DNA of 63,845 nucleotides, the filler included, from Octopus bimaculoides (lineage: Eukaryota), in assembly GCF_001194135.2 (NCBI RefSeq). It is 9 parts of 9 records of this genome, joined end to end, with 100 filler letters (N's around TTAATTAATTAA, not from the genome) between each part and the next. Parts side by side here need not be neighbours in the genome. Positions count along the whole stretch, not along the records: positions 34,859 to 52,370 come from NC_068983.1; 8 more parts are not named here. The stretch is one strand, 5' to 3'. Numbering within the stretch: the stretch's first letter is position 1; every line of letters begins with the position of its first letter. The notes beneath the pieces are model-generated. The model saw only the letters and a program-made list of their open reading frames with translations, had not been told where the DNA came from and made no database searches. The translations under genes were made by a program, and so were the position numbers. Below are positions 37,575-48,700 of this stretch, piece by piece.

Positions 37575-37873
37575 TACTGCCTGACTGGCCTTGTAGGGTT
37601 TTCGAGCGAGATCGTTGCCAGTGCCCCTGGACTGGCTCTTGTGCGGGTGGCACATAAAAGACACCATTTCGAGCGTGGCCGTTTTCGTGCGGGTGACACG
37701 TAAAAGCACCCACTACACTCTCTGAGTGGTTGGCGTTAGGAAGGGCATCCAGCTGTAGAAACTCTGCCAAATTAGATTGGAGCCTGGTGTTGCCATCCGG
37801 TTTCACCAGTCCTCAGTCAAATCGTCCAACCCATGCTAGCATGGAAAGCGGACGTTAAACGATGATGATGATG
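37575..37873 (+). mobile_element. Retroposon family A with (GAT)n tail
   Basis: Near-identical reverse complement of 21048-21350. Confidence 0.9.
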
Positions 37874-38181
37874 ATATATATATATATATATATAAATAAA
37901 TCCTGTATATATGTGATCTATGTTGTATCGAAACATGTGTAGGTGTCATTAAACATCTGTCAAATGTACTCCTTCTTCCTTTTGATTCTATTTATTCTTT
38001 CTGTTTCATTTTTCATACATGAGGAAAGCCAAAGCCTATAATTGGTAGTATACCATATTCCTGATGATTATCTGGTAATTCTAAGGTTGAACAAGCTCTA
38101 TAAGAACGTACTCTAATACGTTCTTAATGGAATACACCTCAACTATAGGCGTGTGTGCGCACGTACGCATGTATATATGTT

Positions 38182-38219
<38 letters not shown>

Positions 38220-38678
38220 GTTATTAATATTTCTAAGACTCTCTAAAGGAGACTACGGCAGCGGTACTGGAAATTAATAGTTATCGCCAAGCCAACATGG
38301 CAGTCCCAAAATTAGGACGAAAGCTGCCGTGAATTAGCTCCAAGAAGCCATCGCCTCTAGCTAGCTATGTGACACACGAAACCTGTGTCCTTTATAACCT
38401 TCGAACAGGGGAGGTCAACAGTTTCCCCTTGCTGGTTTGGCATCTGCAGACTAGTTTCAGGGTGTTGCCCCTTGTCAACGCAGAGCAGCCAAGCTCCAGC
38501 CAGGTGGCGCTACTGACTATCTGTTCGAAGGTTATTTATCTAATTTCAGTGGAATCTATCCACTGGTTTTCAGAAATAGAGTTATTAATATGTCTAAGTC
38601 TCTCTAAAGGAGACTACGGCAGCGGTACTGGAAATTAATAGTTATCGCCAAAGGTTTCATGTGTCACATAGCTAGCTA
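38220..38678. repeat. Composite repeat: 71-bp direct repeat plus 27-bp inverted repeat
   Basis: 38220-38290 matches 38581-38651 (2 mismatches); 38358-38384 is the reverse complement of 38652-38678 (1 mismatch). Confidence 0.85.
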
Positions 38679-38907
38679 NNNNNNNNNNNNNNNNNNNNNN
38701 NNNNNNNNNNNNNNNNNNNNNNNNNNNNNNNNNNNNNNNNNNNNNNNNNNNNNNNNNNNNNNNNNNNNNNNNNNNNNNNNNNNNNNNNNNNNNNNNNNNN
38801 NNNNNNNNNNNNNNNNNNNNNNNNNNNNNNNNNNNNNNNNNNNNNNNNNNNNNNNNNNNNNNNNNNNNNNNNNNNNNNNNNNNNNNNNNNNNNNNNNNAT
38901 ATATATA

Positions 38908-38957
<50 letters not shown>

Positions 38958-39131
38958 TAACTGAGATTCAGTTGGATTATGTACTTAAGTTGAAGCACCA
39001 AGTCAGTCTGGTATTATCCGCACAGCTCAAAGTGAGGTGAATAAAATCAAAACAAGCAACAGGATATCAAGAAGTGATGCAGTATGACCATTTCAAGCAG
39101 CTCCAATTAGTTGAACAATGCAATCATTACA

Positions 39132-39158
39132 TCAATTTAAATGCAGGGCTATCGTCAG
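39132..39158 (-). CDS. Candidate last coding exon (LTIALHLN*) of an unknown gene
   Basis: Acceptor CTAAC..TTCTATTTATTTATTTGTACAG| with a canonical branch point. Confidence 0.3.
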   Translation of the reverse strand: MTIALHLN

Positions 39159-39311
39159 CTGTACAAATAAATAAATAGAATTTTAATCAGTTAGACATAT
39201 TAATATAATTTTACTCAAATACTTTAATAGAGTATGAAGATGGAAGAAATCCATGTTGTCGCTATTGTAGCTAAAAATACACAACATTTCCAAGAAATTC
39301 ATGAAGCTTAC

Positions 39312-39379
39312 TGGGGTCATAGCTTGTAAAGGATTGTGATTCATTTTTAATTTATTATTCTTTTTATGAGCTACTAAAT
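39312..39379 (-). CDS. Candidate 68-nt exon (DLVAHKKNNKLKMNHNPLQAMTP)
   Basis: TCTTCTAGTCTTAG| acceptor and |GTAAGC donor; phase 1 to 0. Confidence 0.3.
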
Positions 39380-40079
39380 CTAAGACTAGAAGACTGTGTT
39401 TAGAATGAAGGGCAAGAGTGAGTTCACAGCACATGGCTAGATATGGTCATAAATATTGTGGAGATTTTAGTAGTGAATTGGGTATAAAGTATCTGTCTAT
39501 AAAGGAGGCTGGGGAGGGAAAGACCACAAATCATGATGTTAATTATCAGTTAAAGGGGCAAGATGCTAATAAAACCTGTGATGTTAATACAGAGGAATTT
39601 TATCATGGGGTACTATGGGTGATTGTTTATAAACAATATTGTTATGTTCTATATAGATAAAATTTAAGATTATCAAAAATGATATCACAACCAAAATAGA
39701 TAAAATGTTTATATTTATCAATTTTCAACATTAAAAAGGAAAGATTACATAAGAATCAGTTTAATATTCATTTACACGCTTAATTATTTACTTATTAGGT
39801 GGTTTCTATAAAGACTACACTGGGCATATACTTATTGAATACTGGAAAGACAAATATGCTATCTATATATTAATTATCAGCTAAGAATCAGAAAAAATAA
39901 AGATGTGTACAGATACACACACATATTTATCTATGTGCACACATACACAAATATTTATACCTTTGTATGGATATAGCATTCCCATCTTGCATAGACTTAA
40001 GTAACTAGAAAGTATCTATTTCTATTTAAGAACAGCAATGTATAACAATATCAGATAGACTGGTTGATCACATAGTGTT

Positions 40080-40478
40080 TTTTTTTTTTACTTGTTTCAG
40101 TCATAAGTCTGCAGCCATACTGGAGCACTTCCTTGAAGAATTTTAGTCGAATGAATCAACCCAGTACTTTTTGTGTTTAAGCCTGGTACTTATTCTGTTG
40201 GTCCATTTTTCTGAACTGCTAAGTTAGGGAGATGTAAACACACTAACATTGGTTGCCAAGCAGTGGTTGAGGAACAAATAGAGACAGAATCACGTTCTCA
40301 CACACACACACACACACACTGTGGGCTTCTGTCAGTTTCCTTCTACCAAATCCACTCCGAAGGCTTTGGTCAGCCTGAGACTATAGTAGAAGACACTTGC
40401 ACCATGGTACCATGCAGCGAGACTGAACCCAGAACCATGTGGTTGGGAGGCAAGCTTCTTACTACATGGTCACGCCTA
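40080..40478 (-). mobile_element. SINE family B, diverged full-length copy
   Basis: Collinear with the other copies from the tail to the head. Confidence 0.85.
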
Positions 40479-40792
40479 TATTAATTAGTATATAAATGTG
40501 TATTTTAGGTATATTTTAAAAACCACTGTTCCTGGAAATTATCCCTCCTGCTTTTGAGATTTTTCACAGTCATGTCACCAGCTGTACACACGTAATCCCC
40601 CACAGACATATCTAAATATAGAAGCACTCACAAGAATCTGTATATATGTATACATATATGTAGATTCTGTATTTACAGACACAGCTATAAACAAAGAGCT
40701 AATTAGCCTATTCTTTTGAATACATACTAAATAACTCTCCCACTCACACATACTCATGAGACTCTACAACTTTTCATTCCTTTACACACACA

Positions 40793-40846
<54 letters not shown>

Positions 40847-40851
40847 CACAC

Positions 40852-40918
40852 GAGTCCAATCCATGTCAGCAAGGAAAGTGGATGTTAAATGACGATGATG
40901 ATAATGATGATGATGATA
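40852..40918 (+). mobile_element. Family A, short 3' fragment with (GAT)n-like tail
   Basis: gtccaatccatgtcagcaaggaaagtggatgttaaatgacgatgatg. Confidence 0.65.
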
Positions 40919-41151
40919 TATACACACATATAGACTCACCTCCGTAGAAGTGCAACACATTTTCATATACGCAACACAAGATCCTTACTGCCTCCCTCCC
41001 GCTTTCTCTGTGTCTTCCTCTCTCTCTCTCTCTTTCTCTTTCTCTCTCCATTTCTCATTGTGACCCTCCCTTTCTGTCTTCCTCTCTTTGTCTCCCTCTC
41101 TCACTCTTTCTCACCAAAACCTTGCATGGTTTGCTTAATCCTTCTCCTGAC

Positions 41152-41284
41152 CTTTGGTTCCCTTCAGCAAGAATCTCCTTGTTGCACTTGGCAAGATATT
41201 TTTACTGAGGGGAACTCCTAATCTTCCTTTCACTAATCTTGGAGCACTTTGAAAGCTGATATGAGCAGTCCTGTTCATTTTCCT
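41152..41284 (-). CDS. Candidate 133-nt exon (RKMNRTAHISFQSAPRLVKGRLGVPLSKNILPSATRRFLLKGTK)
   Basis: TTTTCTATGATTTATGCAG| acceptor and AAAG|GTCAGG donor; only one stop-free frame (phase 0 to 1). Confidence 0.3.
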
Positions 41285-41459
41285 CTGCATAAATCATAGA
41301 AAATTACAAAACAAAGGCACAAGAGCATCTCTCACAAATACATACATTCACTCTTTTTCTTCTTGCACCCACTCTATGTCTTACAAATATACACACATCT
41401 ATGCTTCCTCTCACATACTTTAAGAGATGCATAACAGGGTCTGAAAATATCGTCTTATT

Positions 41460-41790
41460 GGGGACTGGAAGGTGTCACATAAAAAAGCTTTGATGTGGGT
41501 GATGGCGTCATGTAAAAAGCACAGGAGATGGTGCCATGTAAAAAGCACCCAGTACACTCTGTAAAGTGGCTGACATTAGGAAAGGTACCCAGATGTAGAA
41601 ACCAAGCCAAAACAGACTATATATGCTGGTGTGATCCATGGCTTTGCCAATTCCTGTCAGGCCGTCTAACCTGTGCCAGCATGCAAAACGGACATTAACT
41701 GTTGATGATGATGATGATGACGACGACAACAACGAGGATGACGACATTGATGACGACGACGACGATGACGACGACGACGACGACGAAAAC
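41460..41790 (+). mobile_element. Older, diverged family A copy with an expanded (GAT/GAC)n tail
   Basis: gtaaaaagcacccagtacactctgtaaagtggctgacattaggaaaggtacccagatgtagaaac..gccagcatgcaaaacggacattaac. Confidence 0.75.
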
Positions 41791-42529
41791 GATGCTTCCA
41801 GCTACATTTATTGAGATGTCTAGACTGACCAGAGGTCTCAACTAAATTACATCCCACTTTTTAAATCTCTTTGACTGTGGAGAGGAGGGAAGGTGAACAC
41901 CATATACTTCAACTTCTCAGTGAAGCTACTCCTTATTATAATGAGGTCTAGTCATGCTGAAGCTCTTTGTATTCATTGATAAATTGAAGTGTCTTTCGTA
42001 AATATACAGCCTAATCTCATGTACAGAAAGATCTTATACATACATTCTATCTTAAAACACAGATACACTCATGTAGTTAAATGTCTGTCTGAACTTACAA
42101 ATTCTCTTTAACACAAACTCTCTCCCTCTCTTTCTCTATCTCTTTCTCTCTCTCTCCCTCTCTCTCTCCCCCTCTCTCTCTCTCTCTCTTTCTCTGTTGC
42201 TAACACACACACACACACACTTTCTTTTCTACACTAACTCACACACCATGTGCTCTCACATTTCATTGAGACACCTACATAGTTATAATGATGTAAAATC
42301 TTTCAGAGTGACCGCCCCATCCTTCAGTCCAGTGACCTTTAACCTCCACCGCCCACCGCCCACAGCCTTTGCTGCCCAACCATCATATCAAGACCCCCCT
42401 GCATCTATTGTTAATCCACCCACATTCTCATCCTTTGTGCATCGTTGGTCACAAATGATTTTTATTTTCTTTTTATATCTGCATTCAGACATATTTTTAA
42501 ATTAATTGCCTTCATTCGATCATCAGCAG

Positions 42530-42570
42530 TAGCAGCAGCATCGTCGTCGTCGTTGTCATCATCTTCATCG

Positions 42571-42623
<53 letters not shown>

Positions 42624-42625
42624 GT
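42530..42625. repeat. (CAT/CGT)n trinucleotide microsatellite
   Basis: Direct inspection; source of the poly-S and poly-D ORFs. Confidence 0.95.
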
Positions 42626-42999
42626 TTTTGTTATTGTTCTTATCCATTATGGTAATCAGCTATCCAATTACTTATAATTTGTGATTTTTCAGCATATTCC
42701 TCACATAATTTCAAACAGATAATGACCACCAATGAAAATTGTAATTGTAGTTTTTTTTTACAAAATTTATGCCTACATACATACACATATATACATATAT
42801 ACTTACGTGCATACATACATACATACATACATACATACATTATATACATGTAGCTTAATTATATATGTGTGTCTGTGCATGTATGTGTGTGGTGTTTGTT
42901 GCATATGTGTGAGTATATGTGTATGTATATACACATTCATATACACACACAACACACACACACACAAATATTAAGTATCTATTTATCTGAATATATATG

Positions 43000-43063
<64 letters not shown>

Positions 43064-43446
43064 TATATATCTATCTAATTCTCTATATACATATATATAT
43101 TATAATATATTATATATAAAGAAGTGTACATTGATTTTTAACACACTCATGTAGACTAGAATATGCAGATTTTCTTCAAGGATGAAAATTTTTCTCTCTC
43201 TCTTGATTTCTCTGTCTTTATCCTTCTCTCTTTCTCTCCCTCATGTATGTATGTATGTATGTATGTATGTATGTATGTATGTATGTATGTATGTATGTAG
43301 GTAGGTAGGTAGGTGGTTAGGTAGGTAGGTATGTATGTATGCATGTAGGTAGGTAAGTAGGTAGGTAGGTAGGTATGTATGTACGTATATACGTACATAC
43401 ATATGTACGTATGTACATATATATGTACATACATATGTATCTATGT

Positions 43447-44669
43447 ATATAAGGTGCATCAGTTTTTTTTGGTCATTTGTATGAATTTAGTAAAAGACAT
43501 ATTGCTCAATAAAGAAAAGCTGTATTTGGAGACAAATTTGTACAAGAATCTAGAGAATCCTTTTATTACTCTTAATCAATGCATCCACTGTTAGCATCAA
43601 TGTCTGCTGCAATACATGGTCAGACATGTTGACATGTCTGAATTCGATGAACTTTATCAATTTTAACATAGTAAGGGTTATGGTGGACTTGAGTGTTTGC
43701 ATGGTGTTATGGGTTTGTTGATTGACTTTTATCGACTATGCCTCATATGTAATAGTCTAGTGGATTGAGATCTGATGAGCTTGGAGGCCATTTGTCAAGG
43801 AGAACATGATCACAGAGATTGGCAGGCCTCCACACTAGCCTTATGAGATGGTGCAGAGTCTTCTGGGAAGATGTATGGTCTTTCATTGTATTCTCTGTTT
43901 ATCTAGGTCTTCACAACTTTCTCCAGCACTTCTGTGTTGATAGTGGCACTGACTCTTCAGTCCTGTGTAAAAAAAATTGAGGAGGTGTGTCATTTTCCCT
44001 TGTTGCTGTCAACTCCCAGAACCATCATGTTTGCTGAGAACTTAGTATGTATGACGACTGGAACCTTATTCAGGTTCTGCATGACTATTAGTTTTTCTTT
44101 CAGTTTGCCCATTGGTTCTGATTGAAGTTTTTTTCTCATGAGAGTAGAACCAAAGCATTCCAGGCTTTTGGTATTTTAACTTGTTTGGCAAGTGATCTGC
44201 ATAGGATGAACAATTCTCCCTTGTCAAATCTGACATAAACTGACCCTTGTGCATGACATATGTCTTTTACCGGATATCTTCATGAATAACTCTTCTGATG
44301 ATGCATTCTGAAACCTTTAGGTCCTTTGTAATCGCTCTGATTGATTCTCCAGGGATTTTATTGATTATTTCTTGGACTTTTCAATAAAGTTATGTGTTCT
44401 GATGGTATTAGGATTTTGTGCCTGCATTTTGCATTTAATTGCTAATTGTTGGATCCCCATCAGCAGCTTTGAACTTTGACAATGGAGGAACTTTCAAGAA
44501 GCAAGTTATTTCTGTACAACTATACAGCCTTTTTAAAGGCAATGATTATAGCTTGCTTTTTCATTTTCTAAGTCAACTTGATGTCTGACATTGTATCTGA
44601 AAAGTAAAGAAATAAGTTAGAAGAAAGTTAGAGCTCTTGAAAGAGGTTTCCTCTAAAAACTGACACATC

Positions 44670-44675
<6 letters not shown>
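43447..44675 (-). mobile_element. Near-full-length, heavily decayed maT/Tc1-mariner transposon
   Basis: Minus-strand fragments in order: MSDIKLT..KKQAIIIA / IIRRVIHEDIR.KTYVMHKGQFMS / HEKK / VIHTKFSANMMVLGV / QEDSAPSHKA / WPPSSSDLNPLDYY. Weak terminal inverted similarity (ggtgcatcagttttt versus aaaaactgacacatcc). Confidence 0.8.
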
Positions 44676-44708
<33 letters not shown>

Positions 44709-45414
44709 TAATTGCCAACTCAACAATTCCTCCCTCGCTTTCACTCTCTTACAAGTTATCTTTGTCTTTCTATACCGCTATCCACCGCTCCTTTTTACCA
44801 TTTTAATCTTTATTGACATCCATCATGTTTTCTTACCACCAACCATTTCTGCAGCGAACAATAATTTACTTTCTCTCATAACAGCAAATTTATAGCAACT
44901 ATTTCCATCACTCATCACTGCCAACCTTTATTGTCTCCCTTCTTTTACCTCTTCTAGCTTTTTATCTTAAATTTCTCTTTCCCATGTTACATAGTCACTT
45001 CAGCCAATTTTTTTTCTCCTTTATACTCTTGCCTCTTTCTCCCACTCATCTTACTTCATCTTCTGCAATTGCCCTTCTTTTCTATTCTCTTTTATATCAG
45101 TCTCATTGCTGTAAACAAATGGAAGCAAAGTAGATAGTGAGATCCCTGTTTGTTTTATAGCATAGAAGGTAGCCACTTTAGTACTGGTGCCATGATAAAA
45201 TACACACAATACACTCTATAAAGTGGTTGAGAAATGCATAGAGACAATATAGAGTCAAAAGGAGAGTAAAGAGAAAATTAAGACTTTTGGTCTTGTCAAG
45301 GACTTCAACTAGCAAAAATTTAGTCACAGGCACCAGTAGAAGAAACTTTGATTTTTAATGAGCACAAATAATTTCAGCCAGACTGTATTATAATAAGGAG
45401 TTGCTTTGCTGAGA

Positions 45415-45800
45415 GTGGAGGCGCAATGGCTAAGTGGTTAGGGCAACGGACTCGCGGTCATAGGATCGTGGTTTCGATTCCCAGACCGGGTGTTGTGAGT
45501 GTTTATTGAGCGAAATCACCTAAAGCTCCACGAGGCTCTGGCAGGGGATGGTGGCGAACCCTGATGTACTCTTTCACTACAACTTTCTCTCACTCTTACT
45601 TCCTGTTTCTGTTGTGCCTGTAATTCAAAGGGTCAGCCTTGTCACACTGTGTCATGCTGAATATCCCCGAGAACTACGTTAAGGGTACACATGTCTGTGG
45701 AGTGCTCAGCCACTTGCACGTTAATTTCACAAGCAGGCTGTTCCGTTGATCAGATCAACTGGAACCCTCGACGTCGTAAGTGACGGAGTGCCAACAACAA
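45415..45800 (+). mobile_element. SINE family D, full-length tRNA-derived copy with (CAA)n tail
   Basis: ggcgcaatggctaagtggttaggg (box A)...ggtttcgattccc (box B); homologous to 9228-9345 and 20111-20285. Confidence 0.85.
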
Positions 45801-46567
45801 GAAGCTTTGCTGAGAATTTAATGTATTTAAAGGATCATCTACCTTCATCCCACACTCAAAGTAGCTTAGAAAGAAAGACATCATTTTATTGAAACCTCCA
45901 GTCAATCTAGGTGTCTCAACAACTGAAGTTAGAAACTTCTTATCCTTAATTAGACAATATTTTCCCAAAGGCTGTTACTCATTCTTTTACTGGAGTATAT
46001 AAACTAAAAACAATCCTTGCAGTAAAAATGTGTATAAGTATAATTAATCTTAGTGAGCCCATTATTTGGTGTATGCCTAATAGCACAGATATATGGTGAC
46101 TCATATGGTCAGCAAAAACAAAATATATTTAAATAAGGCTGCAATAGATGCAGAAAACTAAAGGGGAAGTAGTTCTTGAGAAATGGCTGTACAGATAACT
46201 TTTATTTTCTGAGTTTTTGTTTACATTGGCTATTAAATGTTGTTAGTAAGTGTCGAAACATACAAAGTAGTTTAGGTGTGTTTCTAAGAATTTCAGTAGA
46301 ATGTACAAGATAGGTTATAAGAAGATGGTTTTAGTCTTAGCAAGCTTGCAGAAACTTATAGAAAATTAATACGACTGAAAAAAGACGAAAACTAAGTTGA
46401 CACACTTGTAAACTCATAGAATTTAAGCAGATATCAAGCTACATTAGCACAGTAAGCAGCCATCAAATACTAGAGTAGATAATGATAAAAAGAGCAAAAT
46501 ACAAAAAGGGATTGAGTAGAAATATAACTATCGGTTTTCAGGAAATTATAAAAGTGTAAGTATATAC

Positions 46568-46671
46568 CTCACACCTTCTCCAGAGACCATATATTGCAGC
46601 CAGTTTATTATTGGTCTCAAGTACAGATTGTTGCCAAATATCTTCATACTTTTGCCAAATATTCAAATATT
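46568..46671 (-). CDS. Candidate 104-nt exon (EYLNIWQKYEDIWQQSVLETNNKLAAIYGLWRRCE)
   Basis: CTAAC branch motif followed by TTTTGGCACAG|, and GAG|GTATAT donor; protein-like composition; phase 1 to 0. Confidence 0.4.
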
Positions 46672-47010
46672 CTGTGCCAAAATATTTCCCATGTTAGCCT
46701 AAAGCAATTTTCATATTGGATTATTACAAAATGTCCATTCTGAACAGCAGTATTCTTTGAAATAAAAGCAAAACCATTTGTTCCTTAAGGCAATTAATGC
46801 TAGAGGCTATTTTCCCACTGTTACTTCAAATATAGTTTGTTTGTTCTTTATATTGTGTCAGCAAAGGCCAGCTTATGTTCTAATCCTGAGGGCAGTTGGT
46901 TTATTCTTGTTCCTATAAACATTGTGACAAAATTGAAGAATTCTCTAATGTAGCATTATTAGAAAATACCTGAAATGAATCCATTTCACTTGAAAAAAAA
47001 AATTTTACAC

Positions 47011-47027
47011 CTTGACTGCTTCTCAGA
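47011..47027 (-). CDS. Candidate 17-nt micro-exon (SLRSSQ)
   Basis: TTATGTTTTTTAG| acceptor and AAG|GTGTAA donor; phase 2 to 1. Confidence 0.35.
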
Positions 47028-47138
47028 CTAAAAAACATAACAATTTTTAAATAACAATCCAAAAATAATACGAAGTCAGTCAATAGAATATATCATATAA
47101 TTTCAATCTCACAATTAAGTTTTGTTTTTTCAACTGAC

Positions 47139-47210
47139 CTCATCTTCAAAGTACCTGATATCATTAAATAAGCTCGCTTCAAGTAATCAATTCCACATCC
47201 ATCTTTGAGT
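47139..47210 (-). CDS. Candidate 72-nt exon (LKDGCGIDYLKRAYLMISGTLKM), possibly containing the start codon
   Basis: ACATTTTCAG| acceptor and GAG|GTCAGT donor; one stop-free frame. Confidence 0.45.
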
Positions 47211-47775
47211 CTGAAAATGTTTTGTTAAAGATAATAGAGTGTTGGAAGAGCTATTACTGAAACTAAATTACTTGTATAATGAGAGAACAACGACACTTGT
47301 CCAAGTAATGGCAGTATTGCAGCCAAGCTATGGCAAAGTTAATGAACAGATAATTAGCAAAACTAATCTTTAGAAAGAGTTTAAGACAAATGCCATGCAG
47401 TCTGCTTATAAGAAATACATTTGAGCTTCAGTGATTCTGTCAAATATACTGCAAATTCTGAGTTAAAATCAATAACAAACAGGATTACATTGCTGAAGTA
47501 GCAAATACAAAAAATAATAAGAAACAAATAGATAAAAATAAAGACTCTATTGGAAATGTTTAAGTTATACATTAGGAAAACCATGGAGCTAATTTAGCTT
47601 GAAGTTTACCATGCCGTATATTGTCTACTTTGCTTTCATTGTTGAACATGATTTACTTAGTTTTCTACTTTCTGACTGCTTCTATTATCAGTGTTTACCA
47701 AACCACTGTGTATCTGTTTAGCAATAAAACAATGCAAACATAGCTTTGGCAATTCCTGATTCTGTTTGACTCACC

Positions 47776-47818
47776 TGGATTATACCAAATATATGAAATT
47801 TCTATCCCAGTTTACTCC
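47776..47818 (-). other. Candidate 43-nt non-coding exon
   Basis: TTTTAATTTCAG| and CCAG|GTGAGT are both consensus splice sites; stop codons in all three frames. Confidence 0.5.
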
Positions 47819-48489
47819 TGAAATTAAAAGTCAGAAATATATTGCATATTTATCACAATGAAAAACAAATGAAACAAAATTTAATTTAAGATTTGAAAAC
47901 AGCAACAATGCAGATTTCATAGCCAATGCATACTTTTAGTATAAAGATAATAAATTATGTTTAGCCCAAAGGAGAACCTCTTATTAAATGTCAATGCTGT
48001 TCTAAATCATATATAAACAGAAATAAATCAATGACAAAAAAATATTACAAAGATTTAAAACAAAAATATGAAATGAAATCATTTGAAAACATTTTGTATT
48101 CTTGTAGATACAAAATTCTCTTTCATTTTTCTTAGGATGATTTGCTTTTTGAAAGCAGAGTAAATTTCTAAAAGAATCAATGAAAGAGGATATATGCCAA
48201 ATGCAAAGAAAGTGTTTGAACAGAGAGGGATATAACTTTAATAATGTTATAACTTGATCATATTTATTTTGGGTAGGTGCAAGTAGTTTCGCACTTCACT
48301 TAACTCATTTGTCATTCAATGCAAAAATTGTACTTTTCCATGCTTCTGTGTCTTACTATTTATTTCCACTTGCATTCACTTATAATATTCATATAACCAC
48401 AGGAGCCACTCTACCTGTAAGATATAACACCAAATCTCCCTCAACAAGTGAAAACGGTCAAGTCACCCAAATATTTGTTTTTATATTCT

Positions 48490-48700
48490 TTTCTACACTA
48501 AGTACAAGGCCTGAAATTTTTAGGGTGGGGACCAGTCGATTAGATCAACCCCAGTATGCAACTAGTACTTAATTTATTGACCCTGAAAGGATGAAAGGCA
48601 AAGTCGATCTCGGCAGAATTTGAACTCAGGACATAAGGACAGACAAAATACCAATAAGCATTTTGCCTGGCATGCGTACATTTAGGTTAGCTCACTGCCT
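48490..48700 (-). mobile_element. SINE family C, diverged
   Basis: gtacaaggcctgaaattt...ccctgaaaggatgaaaggcaaagtcgatctcggcagaatttgaactcag. Confidence 0.85.

Noticed and set aside
466-37806. Recurrent peptide [27 protein letters not shown] in three ORFs, suggesting a gene family
   Set aside because: It is the antisense reading of retroposon family A; the identity reflects repeat copies, not paralogous genes.
45415-45490. tRNA gene
   Set aside because: It has box A/B but no complete cloverleaf, and it continues into a body shared with other dispersed copies, so it is a SINE head. The same applies to the family B, C and F heads.
45828-46010. Additional exons (FIYSSKRM / VETPRLTGGFNKMMSFFLSYFECGMK) for the candidate minus-strand gene
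   Set aside because: They need a 56-nt intron and weak donor sites; the chain is phase-compatible without them.
47776-47818. A-to-I editing of the in-frame TAG to make this exon coding (SKLGWKFHIFGIIQ)
   Set aside because: That frame ends in phase 0 and would hit a stop in the next exon; there is no evidence for editing.
48136-48159. Plus-strand mini-exon DDLLFESR resembling the cytosolic carboxypeptidase FESRFESGNL motif
   Set aside because: Only 8 residues, with no neighbouring exon carrying the rest of the motif.
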